A DNA stretch of 64,000 nt, taken from assembly GCA_030324005.1 (NCBI GenBank), contig JARDVH010000001.1, forward strand, positions 121,675,465 to 121,739,464. Reading direction: 5' to 3'. The notes beneath the pieces are model-generated. The model worked only from the letters and a program-made list of their open reading frames with translations. It had not been told where the DNA came from and did no database searches. This document shows, piece by piece, positions 47,901-57,290 of the stretch. Both the position numbers and the translations under genes were made by a program. Every line of letters begins with the position of its first letter. Position 1 is the stretch's first letter. Source of the stretch: Negaprion brevirostris. Taxonomy: Eukaryota.

Positions 47901-50900
47901 AGTTGAATCACAGAGAGTAGGTGGTCTCATCTTTGGTTATCAGTTAAGTGCAGAGAAAGTTAGTAGGTAACAGGGGTCCAACAAATCAGCTTAATTGCAT
48001 TGTAGAAGGGATGAAACAAATTAAGCACCAGGGTTTCTGCTCCTGGTCATCCAGTGACTCCTGTTGGAAAGTAATCATGAAGCTATCAACTTAGCTATGA
48101 AACTGCCCAGGCTTGTGATACAGGAAGAAAAAAATAGCCTTTGGGAGAGAAGCTAGAGGGAAAACAATTTCATGGAATCAAACCTCCAGCCAGAGGTAAG
48201 ACCACAGAAAGATGAAAATTTTAAAACAAACACCAACTTTGATGGTAGTTGCCAAGTAGCATAAGTGGTTTTTATATTTCACATTCAGCCTGTTAGATAT
48301 ATTTATGTGAATGAATATCAGAGGACAACATTGAATGGTGCGATGGAAGATGACATGATCTAGTTCAATTCAAATCATCTGGTTTTCTAGTTGAAGCACA
48401 GTTACAAAGAAAAAGTGCTGTTTACCAACTCTTCAGAAGACCTAAAACAGCTTCTGGATTCGGATAGTGAGCAACTGGCATTAGCTGCACTGTAACTGGT
48501 AGATCTGATGGATTCCTCAAAACAAAGTGTTTCACCTGAAACATGAAAAAAATGTAACATTACACTAGCAATTTTAAAAAAGTTTAAGTTCCTAAAATTA
48601 TACAATTGTTTGACGAAAACTGTTGGGTCCATTCATTCGTTTGAAGAGACAAGAGGACAGCATTGGTACGAGTTTTAAAATGGTTTTCTTTTATTAAAAA
48701 GAACTTTAAAAATTAACGAGACAAGAAAAATGACAGGCTTCTCGGCCAGTCTGAACAGAACACTAAAATCAAAATATATTTCAACCCTTATCTCGTTATT
48801 GGAAGTGTTTTTCCACGCTGTCTCCATCTAGAAAAACAATCCTCAAAAGATGCTGTTATGAGAAGCTGTTGTTTACCTGCACTGTATACCCTTCAGGGAT
48901 GCAGTCAATTTTTAGGTAACCAATCATGCCTTCTGATTTTACATGTAGTCAAGTTAGCTATAACTGTTCTGCTTAGCAGAGTTAGTTAACCCCCTATATT
49001 TTAGCATTTAAATGTAATTATGCATAGGGAGAAATACCTTAAAATGAAGTATTTGCATAGACTGAAACAAACAGGGCTAAGCATATACAAGACCCCTCAA
49101 AAACTCAGCACTCAACTTCCTATGGGTTTGGCGACACGCAAAAAGCAAACAGGTAACAAGGCACACACACAGGCAAAAACATGCACAGACATACTGATTA
49201 AAAAAATCAGCTGGCAAGATCAATGGGTATTGAGGTCAGTAATTTTAAGAGTGAAATTTCTTTCTGGCAAAAATGACAAATTTAAAAGTGAAGCATCAGG
49301 AAGAACATTAGCAGGGATTTGAGGCAGGGTTGGAAATGGGAAAGGGCCAGGAAAATAGTGGAGAAAGACACTGTCAGTTCTGTAATGTTCACCCATTTCC
49401 TCCTACTTTCTTAAAGGTGACTGAAATTGACCCAGCACTGTGATGCAAAAGAGCAATTTTTTTTTTTTTTTTAAGGGCAATGCAATTTTGATAGCGCAGC
49501 ATAGGTTGCCAGAACCTTTGCTACTTAGAGGAAGTTACAAAGGCGAGGTCAGTGCAGCTTGAAAATAAGATTGAATCTGACTGTCTAACAGTGCAAATGA
49601 CGGTCCGAGAGCACTTGAGAAAAGATTTTTCATTTCAAGAGCAGTAGCTGGGAACTGCTCCAACAAATGGTGTTTGGGGTGCAGAATTAGCTACTAGTTT
49701 CTTCAGAGTTTGCTTGCAGCCGTATTTGCTCTGCCGTCCTTCAAGGCTTTAGCCGTGACTACACCTGTACTAAAGGCTTATGCTCCAAAACTAGCCACAT
49801 CAACAGCTAAGCTGTTTCAGTACTGCTGCAACACTGGCTTCTACTCAGCCATGTGGAGAACTGCCCAGGTATGACTGTCCACAAGAAACAGGCCAAATCC
49901 TGCCAAACACTACCCTCTTCTTTATCAAAAAGTGATGGAAAGTGCTGTTGAAGTACGTTCAAGTGGCACTTATGCAGCAAAAAGGTGCTCATTGATGCTC
50001 ACATTTCGTTCTACAACAATCATTTGACTCTAGGTCTCATTACAGCTTTGATCCGAAGAGGAGAGGTAAGTGGCTGCCCTCGACATCAAGACAGCATCAA
50101 CCGAGTGTGGTACCAAGGCAAAATTAATTTAACACAAAACTAGGGTGATAACTCTCCGCTGATTGAAGTCATACCTAGCATTATGGAAGATGGACGTGGG
50201 TTGTCCACAGTCAGCCATCTCAGTCCTAGAACACTGCTGCAGGAATTCCTGAGGGTCATGTCCTAGGCTCAACCTTCTTCAGCTGCTTCATCATTGACGT
50301 TGCAAGGTCAAGAGATGCTTGCTGATAATTGCACAATGTTCAATACCATTTGTAACTCATCTGATACTGAAGTAGTCAGTGCCCATATGCAGCAAGACCT
50401 GGGCAATGTTTAGACTTGGGCCGATAATTGGCAAGTAACATTCAAGCTACACGTACCAGGTAAAGACCACTCCCAAAAGACACTACCTTAACAGTTAATG
50501 ACANNNNNNNNNNNNNNNNNNNNNNNNNNNNNNNNNTAGAACCTGAACTGGACCAGCCATGTAAATACAGTAGCTATGAGAGCAGGTCAGATGCTGGGAA
50601 TTCCGTGGTAGATAACTCACCTCCTGACTCTGCAAAGTCTGACTACTATCTACAAGGCACGAGTCAGGAGTGTGATGGAATACCCTCCACTTGCCTGCTC
50701 CATCAACACTCAGGAAGCTTGACACTATCCAGGACAACGCAGCCCATTTGATCAGTCCGCATCCACTAATTTAAACTTTCACTTCTTCCACACAGGCCAA
50801 TGGGAATGGTGTATACCATCTACAAGAATCACGGCAGCAACTCATCAAGGCTCCTTCAACAGTATTTTCCAGTCCCTGAACCTCTACTATCTAGAAGGAT

Positions 50901-53900
50901 AAGAGCAGCAGGTGCATAGGAACACCACCACTTGGTAGTTTCCCTCCAAGCCACACACCATGGGGTGGCACAGTGCCAAAGTGGTTAGCACTGCTGCCTC
51001 AATGCCAGGGACCCAGGTTCAATTCCCGGCTTGGGCCACTGTGCAGAGTTTGCACATTCTCCCCACGTCTGCACGGGTTTCCTCCCACAGTCTCAAAGAA
51101 ATGCAGTTAAGTACATAGGCTATGCTAATTTCTCCTTCAGTGTACCCGAACAGGTGTCAGAGTATGGCACTTAGGAGGTTTTCACAGTAACTTCATTGCA
51201 GAGTTAACAGAAGTTTACTTGTGACACTAAAACATAAACCTTAAAAAAAAACTTAAAACCATCCTGACTTGAAACTATATCACTGTCACATGACTAAAAT
51301 CCTAGAACTCACTTCCTAACACTTCAGAAGATGCACCTGCTCCAGATAGATGGCAGTAGTTTAAGAAGGAAGCTTACCATCAGCTTCTTAAGGGCAATTA
51401 GCAATGGCCAATCAAGTCTGGCCTTGCCAGTGACATTTTCATACCATAGAAGAATTTTTCCAAAGGTGCAGCATGCATGTGGGAAACAGAATCAGTGAGC
51501 AGCAACATGATCAGCGACAGGTTCCAAGTCTTCCACGGTCACTACTCTTGCTTCTCCAATCACAGGTCCCGTCTGGCTCTCTCAGAAGCAGAACCTATGA
51601 CTGGAGGACAGGAAGGAGGGAGCCTATAACTGGAGGTAGAGGAGTGTCCCCAAGGACGAAAGTAGTAGACATAAACATAACAGTATTGTAGGTGTTAGAT
51701 TAGGTAAAGCCTCACTAAAATGATAACTAAATGGAAGGAGGAAAGTAAAGAAGAATGGTGATTGCGGAATGAGAAAAACCTGTGAGGAGTGAGTATGAAT
51801 CATGGAGCATCAAGCAGAGACATACAAAGATGTTGAATTTAAGATCACAATGGAAATCTCTGCCTGTTGTCTGAGTGTCCCCTTAAATACTGATCATCCA
51901 AATCCAGTAAATGAGAATGCCTCTATTATATAAATCCAGAAAAGTTGGATATCACCCACAGAAACAGAGTCCAAGATCCACAGGGAAATTAAATCATGTG
52001 GAGCTTGGTTGATCAAAATTCATAATGACAGGAGGCATCAAAAGGTGAAGGGTTAAAGTACTACATCAAAATTAAACACTCATTTGCAGTGCAAATCCTA
52101 TTGAGATCAATGTTTTTAATAAGGTTCCAAGAACACTGGATTAAGATGCAAGGTGTTTATTGAAAATGTAGTCCATGCAATAATACTTCAACATACATTT
52201 TAGTTGTACGAACTATGTCCTCCCAAGGCACTGATTGCTTAAGAATTCAATTATGCTACAGTTCTACGCTCAGGGCTTTAGGCTTTTAATTATTTCAATA
52301 TTTACTACAAATGGCTTTCATACATTCTGTTTTATACATTTGTCATTCCCTGATCAAGACAATTCACAGAATTCTGCATTACATTATGAAAATTTAAATT
52401 CAGCTTCATATAAAGAGAATTTAACAATAATGATTGTTTACGTTCTGCAACTGTTCTTCTTCATACTTGATCAACAAACATTAAAACCTTAGTTTGTTAT
52501 CAACAGCTCAATTTATAAATTGTAACTCAAGCAAATGAAATTGAGTTTTTTTATTTCACAGTTGACTTTTCGTAATTAAAAATTACTCGACAAATTTTTC
52601 CTTTAAAGGATTAATATCTACCCTGACAATTAAAGTACAACAGCACATCTAAAGTACAATTTATTTGTTCATTTTCAAACTAATTCTTTGCTGCAGGCCC
52701 AGGCACTGCAACTGTCTCAACTAATACAGGAGTTAGTAAAAATGTAAAACAAGCCCTTAAAAACCAAAAAAAAGTTCATGACAAAATTAAGTTAGGCAGT
52801 TTTTTTCCTCAAAAAAAATGTTTACCCCTGCTGCAAAGGTAACTGCATATCTTTCATTATCTTTGGTTAACATAAATTTGTCAGTCTCAGGTTCAAGACA
52901 ACTGACCCAACATCAATTATAATTTGAACAAACATGCTAAACAACCCCAAAAATCTATCACTATTTACTGCAAAACTCTTTCCTAATTTCACTCATGAGA
53001 AGTGTTGTTCTTTTTCAGTCCATGCTCATTAGACTTCTCAACCAGCTAAAATAGTTTTTCTATATCCACCCTTTCTGATACCCTTAATACCTGGAAAACT
53101 TCAGCCCTTAATCTTCTAAATCGCATGGAATATAACCCTAGTTTGTGAAATCACTCCTAATTTAAGGCTTAGAATCTAGATATCATTCTAGTAAAGTTAC
53201 ATTGTACTTTCTCCAAGAACATTTTTCCTAAACAGAACTACTCATATTCCACCAGTGGTCTGACCAGAGATTAGTACAGCTGTAGTATAGCTTCCATCCC
53301 TGCAGTCTAGCCCACTAGAATTCCACTGGCCTTTTTTGTTTACTTTCAACTTGTCTGTGACACTTTACTAATTTATGTAAATGTCCTTCAAAGTCTCTTT
53401 GGACCTCAACTACTCATAGTTGTTCATTACTTAGGAAGTATTCTGATATATCCTTTTTAGGTCCAAAAAGGATGAGCTCATATTTGCTTTCACCGAAATC
53501 CATTTTCCACAGTTTGTACATGACTTAAGCTACCATATCTCCTCTTAACTTAAAGCAGAATTACGGTGGATGCTGGAATCTGAAACAAAAATAGGAAATG
53601 CTGGAGAAACTCAGCAGATCTGACAGCATCTGTAGAGAGAGAATAGAGCTGACACTGAGTCTGGATGACCCTTTATCACAGTTTCATTGCTAGCTCTACT
53701 CTTTCTCTACAGGTGCCATCAGACCTGCTGAGATCTTCCAGCATTTTTTGTTTTTGTCTCTCTTTAATTTGCTGTTTCAATCTACATTGCTTACAATGCC
53801 ACCTATCTTATGTCACCAATAAACTTGCATTTGTGGCCATCTTATCATCTCATTATTAATGATGGTGAATCTTTGAGGGCCCAATACANNNNNNNNNNGT

Positions 53901-55512
53901 ACTCTGTCTTCTGCTACTCAAGTCAATTTTCCAGTCAGGTTAATAACAACCCTTGCACGAGCTTCAACTTTAGCTCATTGTGTTGTTTGAGGGAATTTAT
54001 CAAATGCCTTTGGAAAGTCAATATTAATAACATACATAGACGATCCCCTATCTGCTACTTTAATCACCTCTTCAAAAATTCAATCAGATTCATCACACAT
54101 GATCTCTCTGTTCAGCTCAAAATGTCTGTCACTCTATTCTTAATTTGTAGGCTCTTGCAATTTCCTGACAATAGATGTTAAGCTAACTGGTTTATAATTC
54201 ACTGGTTTCTCTGTCACCAACAGACATGCATAGTACTGCAATCTAAAGGAATTGGTCCTGAAACAAGAAACCTTTGGAAGATTGGAGTTAAGGGATCCAG
54301 CTCATGAGTATATGTCACTCTGTAGTGCCAAGATTTTCTTCATTGTCATTTTCACATATTAAATTTTGATTAGTGTGCACCCTGATTNNNGATTCAATAT
54401 CAGTTTCTTTAGGCTGTCCAGTATGCTATCCTCGTTTTCCATGGTAATAACTGATACAAAACAGTCATTCGTCGTGGAGTCATTTCCCTGTTTTCACTGA
54501 TAATGTTACTGTTATTAATTTTTAAGCAGCTTTTGGCTAATTCTATACCAGGTTAATTTTGATATTTCTTGCAAGTTCCTTTGCATTCTCACCCTTTAAA
54601 TTCTTACTTGTTTTGTCACATTTTACAGAAGTAAAAGTACTCAGCCTATGTCTAGATAGAATGCTAGAACACCATTTTTTACATGGTATTTCTTTTATGT
54701 TTGTTACTTCTCATCACTTTAGTCATCCATGGCTATTTTCATTTTCAAACACAGCTCCTGCCTTTCAGGGGTATCAACTGATTCTGCATCATATTAAATT
54801 ATGTTTCGGAATACCTCCCATTGATTAGTCTATTTCAGAGAAAGAGAGTATGGTTTGCAAGGATTTATAATTCATAAGAATTTTCTTTGCCGCAAACCGA
54901 AGGGACAAATATTTTTTGAAATATAGAAGTTGAAGACAAATAAAGTTACACATTTAACCAATGCGAGGAAAGGTAATTGATACTATGAACACGGCAGACA
55001 TGTGACAGTGACTAGATAGATAGGCAGAGAACAGGATGGAGGAAGCACACTATTTGAGTAACTCAGGATGTCTTTAATAGTCGTGCTATTTCAGTTGTTT
55101 ATATTAATTCAGTTCCTACACATGATTTCAATCAATGCTATTCTAAATCAATTGTAATGATGTCAGTAAACACTGTTGAATGGTAAAAGAATCATTTTTT
55201 TAAAATATACTAATGGTATTAAAATAAGTTCATCATGACACACTTCTAATTTAATTTTAGATGGACCAGCCTGGTGAGAGTCTATCGATAAAATGAGATA
55301 ATTGTAATCCATACATACATACATACATACCTGTCTGACGTTAATTTCACATCTTAACATGCTTTTCAGAGTGACTTACCGTTGTGTTGTGGGAAGCAGT
55401 AGCAGTGAAGCTCATTAAGAAGTTAGGAGTTAAACGGGGCCAAATAAAGTCAGATGAATACGTTCGCGAGATTGTCTGCCACAGACCAGGATCTTCATCT
55501 ATCAATCTCTGC
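17700..55512 (-). CDS. TMEM131L: TMEM131-like transmembrane protein (KIAA0922), 5'-partial, 19 coding exons
   Basis: Hand-spliced exons give continuous phases and peptides matching recalled human TMEM131L: [68 protein letters not shown]...[46 protein letters not shown]. Exon total 3166 nt = 1 + 1055 codons including the stop. Confidence 0.96.
18555..18691 (-). CDS. TMEM131L: TMEM131L exon R (NLNLFHPF...[20 protein letters not shown])
   Basis: caatag| acceptor, CCT|gtaagt donor, 137 nt. Matches human STWNTPPNMPAAWGHASFISSP. Confidence 0.9.
19600..20472 (+). mobile_element. CR1 LINE 3' portion (gap in middle)
   Basis: [20 protein letters not shown], and a tail like 1-138. Confidence 0.88.
20580..20668 (-). 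CDS. TMEM131L: TMEM131L exon Q ([12 protein letters not shown]...ESDFSSVSE)
   Basis: tttgaag| acceptor (weak), AAG|gtaagg donor, 89 nt. Phases fit, and it is the same length as the recalled human segment. Confidence 0.78.
21691..21811 (-). CDS. TMEM131L: TMEM131L exon P (GLYTTVNG...[15 protein letters not shown])
   Basis: ttttccag| acceptor, CAG|gtacgt donor, 121 nt. Starts GLY like human GLYSPG. Confidence 0.87.
22195..23110 (+). mobile_element. Old CR1 fragment interrupted by a Penelope hairpin
   Basis: Decayed RDLG, LV.PQL..FVQFW and VQKRFT motifs. Confidence 0.75.
22736..22867. mobile_element. Mini Penelope-derived palindromic insert with 12-bp TSD
   Basis: Hairpin 22733-22826 made of the Penelope terminus. 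TSD cctcttaaagca at 22724-22735 and 22868-22879. Confidence 0.85.
23150..23880 (-). mobile_element. Old CR1 fragment
   Basis: FAST.KIDG..., G.P.GSVL and PGNYRP in reverse complement. Confidence 0.75.
25020..25150 (-). CDS. TMEM131L: TMEM131L exon O (LVHFSQ...[16 protein letters not shown])
   Basis: ttgtaaaag| acceptor, CAG|gtaaga donor, 131 nt. Confidence 0.87.
25238..25313 (-). CDS. TMEM131L: TMEM131L exon N ([24 protein letters not shown])
   Basis: actttag| acceptor, AAG|gtaata donor, 76 nt. Needed to link phase 1 to phase 2. Confidence 0.75.
25480..25800 (-). mobile_element. Old L2 LINE 3' fragment
   Basis: Similar to the L2 at 60770-61250. Confidence 0.45.
25805..25955 (-). mobile_element. 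V-SINE 3' fragment (CR1-type tail)
   Basis: ctaatcccctaacctacacatcctgggacactaagggacaatttagc. Confidence 0.75.
26565..26862 (-). mobile_element. V-SINE, type-B tail
   Basis: tRNA head plus V core, with tail acagtaacttcattacaatggtaatgtaagcctacttgtgata. Confidence 0.88.
27420..27585 (-). mobile_element. LF-SINE-like ancient SINE fragment
   Basis: Reverse complement gttcaaacccagtc...tgtgaaatgagttt...caaaa...tttggcacta resembles the recalled LF-SINE GTTCAAATCCAGCC...TGTGAAATGAGTT...CAAAA...ATTGGCACTA. Confidence 0.5.
27633..27827 (-). CDS. TMEM131L: TMEM131L exon M ([28 protein letters not shown])
   Basis: tgtttag| acceptor, AGA|gtaagt donor, 195 nt. Contains the signature Ser-rich motif. Confidence 0.95.
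28207..28370 (-). CDS. TMEM131L: TMEM131L exon L (SIEQTGDV...KVWQYGK[gap][16 protein letters not shown])
   Basis: ttgctag| acceptor, ATG|gtaact donor. Phases 2 to 1 fit. Contains a 10-N gap. Confidence 0.78.
28865..29215 (-). mobile_element. HE1-like V-SINE, CR1-type tail
   Basis: Full-length reverse-complement copy. Confidence 0.9.
30317..30435 (-). CDS. TMEM131L: TMEM131L exon K ([18 protein letters not shown]...[16 protein letters not shown])
   Basis: ctatcag| acceptor, CA|gtaagt donor, 119 nt. Basic segment like human KKKLQEKRE...WSKSRTCRKNKK. Confidence 0.85.
30805..31188 (-). mobile_element. SacSINE1/AmnSINE1-like DeuSINE
   Basis: Reverse complement has a tRNA head, aaaatctaggttgaca, atgagacattaaact, tctggtcatttcattattgct and acagtgactaaacttcaaaag. 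Confidence 0.75.
31491..31639 (-). CDS. TMEM131L: TMEM131L exon J ([10 protein letters not shown]...SLSTIE)
   Basis: actcag| acceptor, GAG|gtacac donor, 149 nt open. Phases 1 to 0 fit its neighbours, but sequence conservation is low. Confidence 0.75.
32544..33139 (-). CDS. TMEM131L: TMEM131L exon I, large cytoplasmic exon (SDRGKGRG...SSIIK)
   Basis: ttgtcag| acceptor (alternative AG at 33130), AAAG|gtattt donor, 596 nt open. N-terminus resembles human SDKGRGK...QNAAKRSP. Confidence 0.9.
33429..33581 (-). CDS. TMEM131L: TMEM131L exon H ([21 protein letters not shown]...TTYK), end of TM helix
   Basis: ttttgtag| acceptor, AA|gtaagc donor, 153 nt. Matches human [21 protein letters not shown]. 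Confidence 0.94.
34442..34778 (+). mobile_element. tRNA-derived SINE with tail shared with the CR1 family-B LINE
   Basis: B-box ggttcaaatccc. Tail caactagagatgagcaaaaagtgctggccagccagcaacacccat resembles the LINE ends at about 51400 and 62150. Confidence 0.75.
34782..35100 (+). mobile_element. HE1-like V-SINE, CR1-type tail
   Basis: ggcagcacagtggcacaatagttagcactgctgcctcaca ... gatgggccgaatagcctcttcctgtactgtaggattctatga. Confidence 0.92.
35479..35664 (-). CDS. TMEM131L: TMEM131L exon G ([12 protein letters not shown]...[13 protein letters not shown]), start of TM helix
   Basis: gtccag| acceptor, TG|gtcaga donor, 186 nt. Confidence 0.94.
35898..36100. mobile_element. Mini Penelope-derived palindrome with decayed hammerhead motifs
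   Basis: Inverted Penelope termini. ctgatga-ggagc-gt-gctcc-taaa at 35982. TSD-like tagattactat / tagatcactat. Confidence 0.82.
36540..36672 (+). mobile_element. CR1 fragment
   Basis: YPRVLK.VA...[13 protein letters not shown]. Confidence 0.8.
37359..37545 (-). CDS. TMEM131L: TMEM131L exon F ([21 protein letters not shown]...NSSHEISIV)
   Basis: tttcag| acceptor, GT|gtaagt donor, 187 nt. Confidence 0.95.
37955..38245 (-). mobile_element. V-SINE (CR1-type tail, internal deletion)
   Basis: Reverse-complement V core and tail. Confidence 0.85.
38330..39135 (-). mobile_element. Old CR1 fragment
   Basis: Reverse complement [21 protein letters not shown]. Confidence 0.7.
39455..39577 (+). mobile_element. 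CR1 3' end
   Basis: gatcagccatgatcttattgaatggcgg...gcctactcctgctcctatttcttatgttctta. Confidence 0.85.
39610..39905 (-). mobile_element. V-SINE, type-B tail
   Basis: Same structure as 26565-26862. Confidence 0.88.
40696..40838 (-). CDS. TMEM131L: TMEM131L exon E ([15 protein letters not shown]...[10 protein letters not shown])
   Basis: ttttaaag| acceptor, CA|gtaggt donor, 143 nt. Highly conserved peptide. Confidence 0.95.
40965..41888. mobile_element. GC-rich non-autonomous DNA transposon (possibly PIF/Harbinger-type MITE)
   Basis: Sharp GC-rich block with imperfect TIRs gggcccaattttacc / ggagaatcgcagcc. Confidence 0.5.
42135..42262 (-). CDS. TMEM131L: TMEM131L exon D ([42 protein letters not shown])
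   Basis: aaacag| acceptor, AG|gtaaaa donor, 128 nt. Matches human [21 protein letters not shown]...VTSLILIR. Confidence 0.93.
42994..44420 (-). mobile_element. Penelope-like retroelement with inverted 3' duplication
   Basis: GIY-YIG region on the minus strand ([19 protein letters not shown]...[25 protein letters not shown]). Arms 43024-43472 and 43977-44420 are inverted copies. Confidence 0.92.
43086..43121 (-). ncRNA. Minimal type-I hammerhead ribozyme motif (Penelope pLTR)
   Basis: Reverse complement uac-CUGACGA-a-ggagc-agu-gcucu-GAAA-gcUA-gug: both core boxes intact, 5-bp stem II, palindromic AGCU stem III, 3-bp stem I. Confidence 0.7.
44460..45090 (-). mobile_element. CR1 endonuclease-region fragment, split by a SINE
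   Basis: Reverse complement [15 protein letters not shown] (APE GDFN motif). Confidence 0.75.
44703..45040 (+). mobile_element. HE1-like V-SINE, CR1-type tail
   Basis: Full-length, relatively young copy. Confidence 0.93.
45290..45830 (-). mobile_element. Old CR1 3' fragment
   Basis: Reverse complement [11 protein letters not shown]..., RDLGVLVHE. Confidence 0.8.
45850..46022 (+). mobile_element. CR1 RT fragment (young)
   Basis: [17 protein letters not shown]...[13 protein letters not shown]. Confidence 0.92.
46123..46850 (+). mobile_element. Penelope-like element, second copy with strand flip at about 46290
   Basis: 46123-46290 matches the minus-strand part at 43840-43950. 46290-46850 is the plus-strand GIY-YIG end and pLTR, with a decayed hammerhead at 46758. 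Confidence 0.88.
47509..47581 (-). CDS. TMEM131L: TMEM131L exon C ([24 protein letters not shown]), GC donor
   Basis: tttttaag| acceptor, AAG|gcaagt donor, 73 nt. Needed to link phase 2 to phase 0, and the same length as the recalled human segment. Confidence 0.82.
47890..48215 (+). mobile_element. AmnSINE2-like ancient SINE
   Basis: ccagggtttctgctcctg..atccagtgactcctgttggaaagt ... catggaatcaaacctccagc resembles the recalled AmnSINE2 consensus. Confidence 0.5.
48426..48535 (-). CDS. TMEM131L: TMEM131L exon B ([37 protein letters not shown])
   Basis: tttcag| acceptor, TG|gtaaac donor, 110 nt. Matches human [29 protein letters not shown]. The frame differs from the listed ORF 48402..48632. 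Confidence 0.93.
49780..51452 (+). mobile_element. CR1-group LINE family B, 3' portion
   Basis: [38 protein letters not shown], and tail gggcaattag...ctggccttgccagtgac. Confidence 0.87.
50962..51256 (+). mobile_element. V-SINE, type-B tail, nested in LINE
   Basis: Splits the LINE sequence ccacacaccat|cctgactt, with accat on both sides. Confidence 0.88.
51470..52000 (-). mobile_element. Probable old L2-like fragment
   Basis: Purine-rich plus strand typical of antisense L2 ORF2. No clean motif. Confidence 0.3.
52990..54830 (-). mobile_element. Old CR1 LINE fragments
   Basis: Reverse complement [33 protein letters not shown]. Confidence 0.75.
53553..53760. mobile_element. Palindromic Penelope-derived element, second family
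   Basis: aaaaataggaaatgctggagaaactcagcagatctgacagcatctgtagagaga is inverted as ctctacaggtgccatcagacctgctgagatcttccagcattttttgttttt. Related pieces at 42945, 55890-55965 and 60590-60690. Confidence 0.7.
55380..55512 (-). CDS. TMEM131L: TMEM131L exon A (QRLIDEDPG...[23 protein letters not shown])
   Basis: aatag| acceptor, ACG|gtaagt donor, 133 nt. Aligns to human FFLPRL...LNFSATALRSRM. Confidence 0.88.
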
Positions 55513-55994
55513 CTATTCCGAAAGAAAACAGTCTCAATGTTAGAATCATAGAATGATACAACACAGAATGTGGCTAAATGATCCTGAAACGTTTTGAAAG
55601 AGCTATCCAATTAATCCCTTCACATTACTTGCTCTCCCCATAGCCAGGTAAATCTTGAATTTTTCCCTTCAATTATTTAACAGTTCCCTTTTGAAGGTTA
55701 TCCCTCTCCCTTGAATCTTAATTGCCCATAAACACTCCCCATTTGTCTTCTATCCATGATAAATTTGTCAATTTCTCCTCTGCCCTGACCTATCCTTGTT
55801 CTTCTATTCTGCCCAGCCCCTCCCTCCTTTTCCAAATATATAATTCCTGACATTTCTACCTTTCTTAAGATTCAAAACATTAATTAAGTTTCTTTCCACG
55901 GATGCTGCCAGACTTGCTGAATTTATCCAACATTTTCTGTTTTTATTTCAGATTTCCAGCATTCAAGTTTTTTTACATTTAATCTTCCAATCCA

Positions 55995-57290
55995 CTTAGA
56001 TACAAGGATTATGCCAGAAGACTGGAAAATTACAAAAGTTACACATTTGTTTTAAAGAAAACAGCAACCACAGATCAGTTGTTTAAAGTTGGTGGTGGGA
56101 AACCTTTTAGAGATGATAATCTGAGACAAAATCATCAGTTACTTGGACAAGTGCGGATTAATTTGAGAAAAGCAGCATAGATTTGTTAAAGGCAAACCAT
56201 GTTTAACTAACTTGGTTCAGTTTTTTGATGGGGATAAGAGATGGCTGATATGGGTAACTTGACGGTATGGTCTTTATGAACTCCCAAAAGTTATGTGGAA
56301 AAAGTACTACATAATAAGACTTGACAGCAAAGTTGAAGTCCAAAGAATAAAAAGGGAAGGTGGCAACACAGGTATATTGTTGGCCAAGTGTTGGGAAATA
56401 GAGCAGAGGTGAATGGTTGCTTTATGGACTACAGGAAGATGCAATGAAGTTCCCCAGGGATTGGTTCTAGGACCTCTGCTTTTCATGATCTATATCAATG
56501 ACCTAGACTTGGATACACAACTTCAAAATTTGCAACTGACACTAAGCAGGGGGCCACGGTGAGGACAGCAGCAGACTTCAAGGGGACACAGTCGAGAGGG
56601 TTGAGTGGATGGAAGGGCAAATAGCAGTTGAAATGTCCCGCAAATAAGTGGGCATTTGTATATTTTGGTATGAAGAATGATGAAAGACAGTATCAAAGAA
56701 CATAAATAAGAACATAAGAAATAGGAGGAGTAGGCCACCTAGCCCTTCGAGCCTGCCCCGCCAGTCAACAAGACCATGGCTGATCTGTCGTGGCTCAGTT
56801 CCANNNNNNNNNNNNNNNNNNNNNNNNNNNNNNNNNNNNNNNNNNNNNNNNNNNNNNNNNNNNNNNNNNNNNNNNNNNNNNNNNNNNNNNNNNNNNNNNN
56901 NNNNNNNNNNNNNNNNNNNNNNNNNNNNNNNNNNNNNNNNNNNNNNNNNNNNNNNNNNNNNNNNNGAGTTTATAGGGAGAAACTGTTCCCATTGGTAGAC
57001 AGGTCAAGTACCTGAGGGCACCAACTTGTGACTGGCAAAAGAACCAACACCAACTGGAGGGAAAATATTTTTATGCAGCAAGTGGCTCAGATTTGGAATG
57101 CAGTGCTTCAGAGTGTGCTGCAGGCAGATACAGTAGTGTCTTTCAAAACAGAATTGGATAAGCACCTTGCGTGGGGAAAAAATGGAGGCGAGGGCAAAGT
57201 GTGAGGATTAATATTAACAGAATTACTTCTGTAAAGAGCCTGCAAGGACATAAGTGCAGAGGGCTCCTGCACAGTGTTCTACAATATCAA
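55995..57290 (+). mobile_element. Old CR1 with nested younger antisense CR1 3' end (56697-56803)
   Basis: PEDWKI..VT.LF, QH.FVKGKPCLTNL, VPQGLVLGPLLF.IYINDL. Confidence 0.85.

Noticed and set aside
48402-48632. Listed ORF overlapping exon B (also 28165..28386 and 30168..30380)
   Set aside because: These are alternative frames. The homologous peptides lie in other frames.
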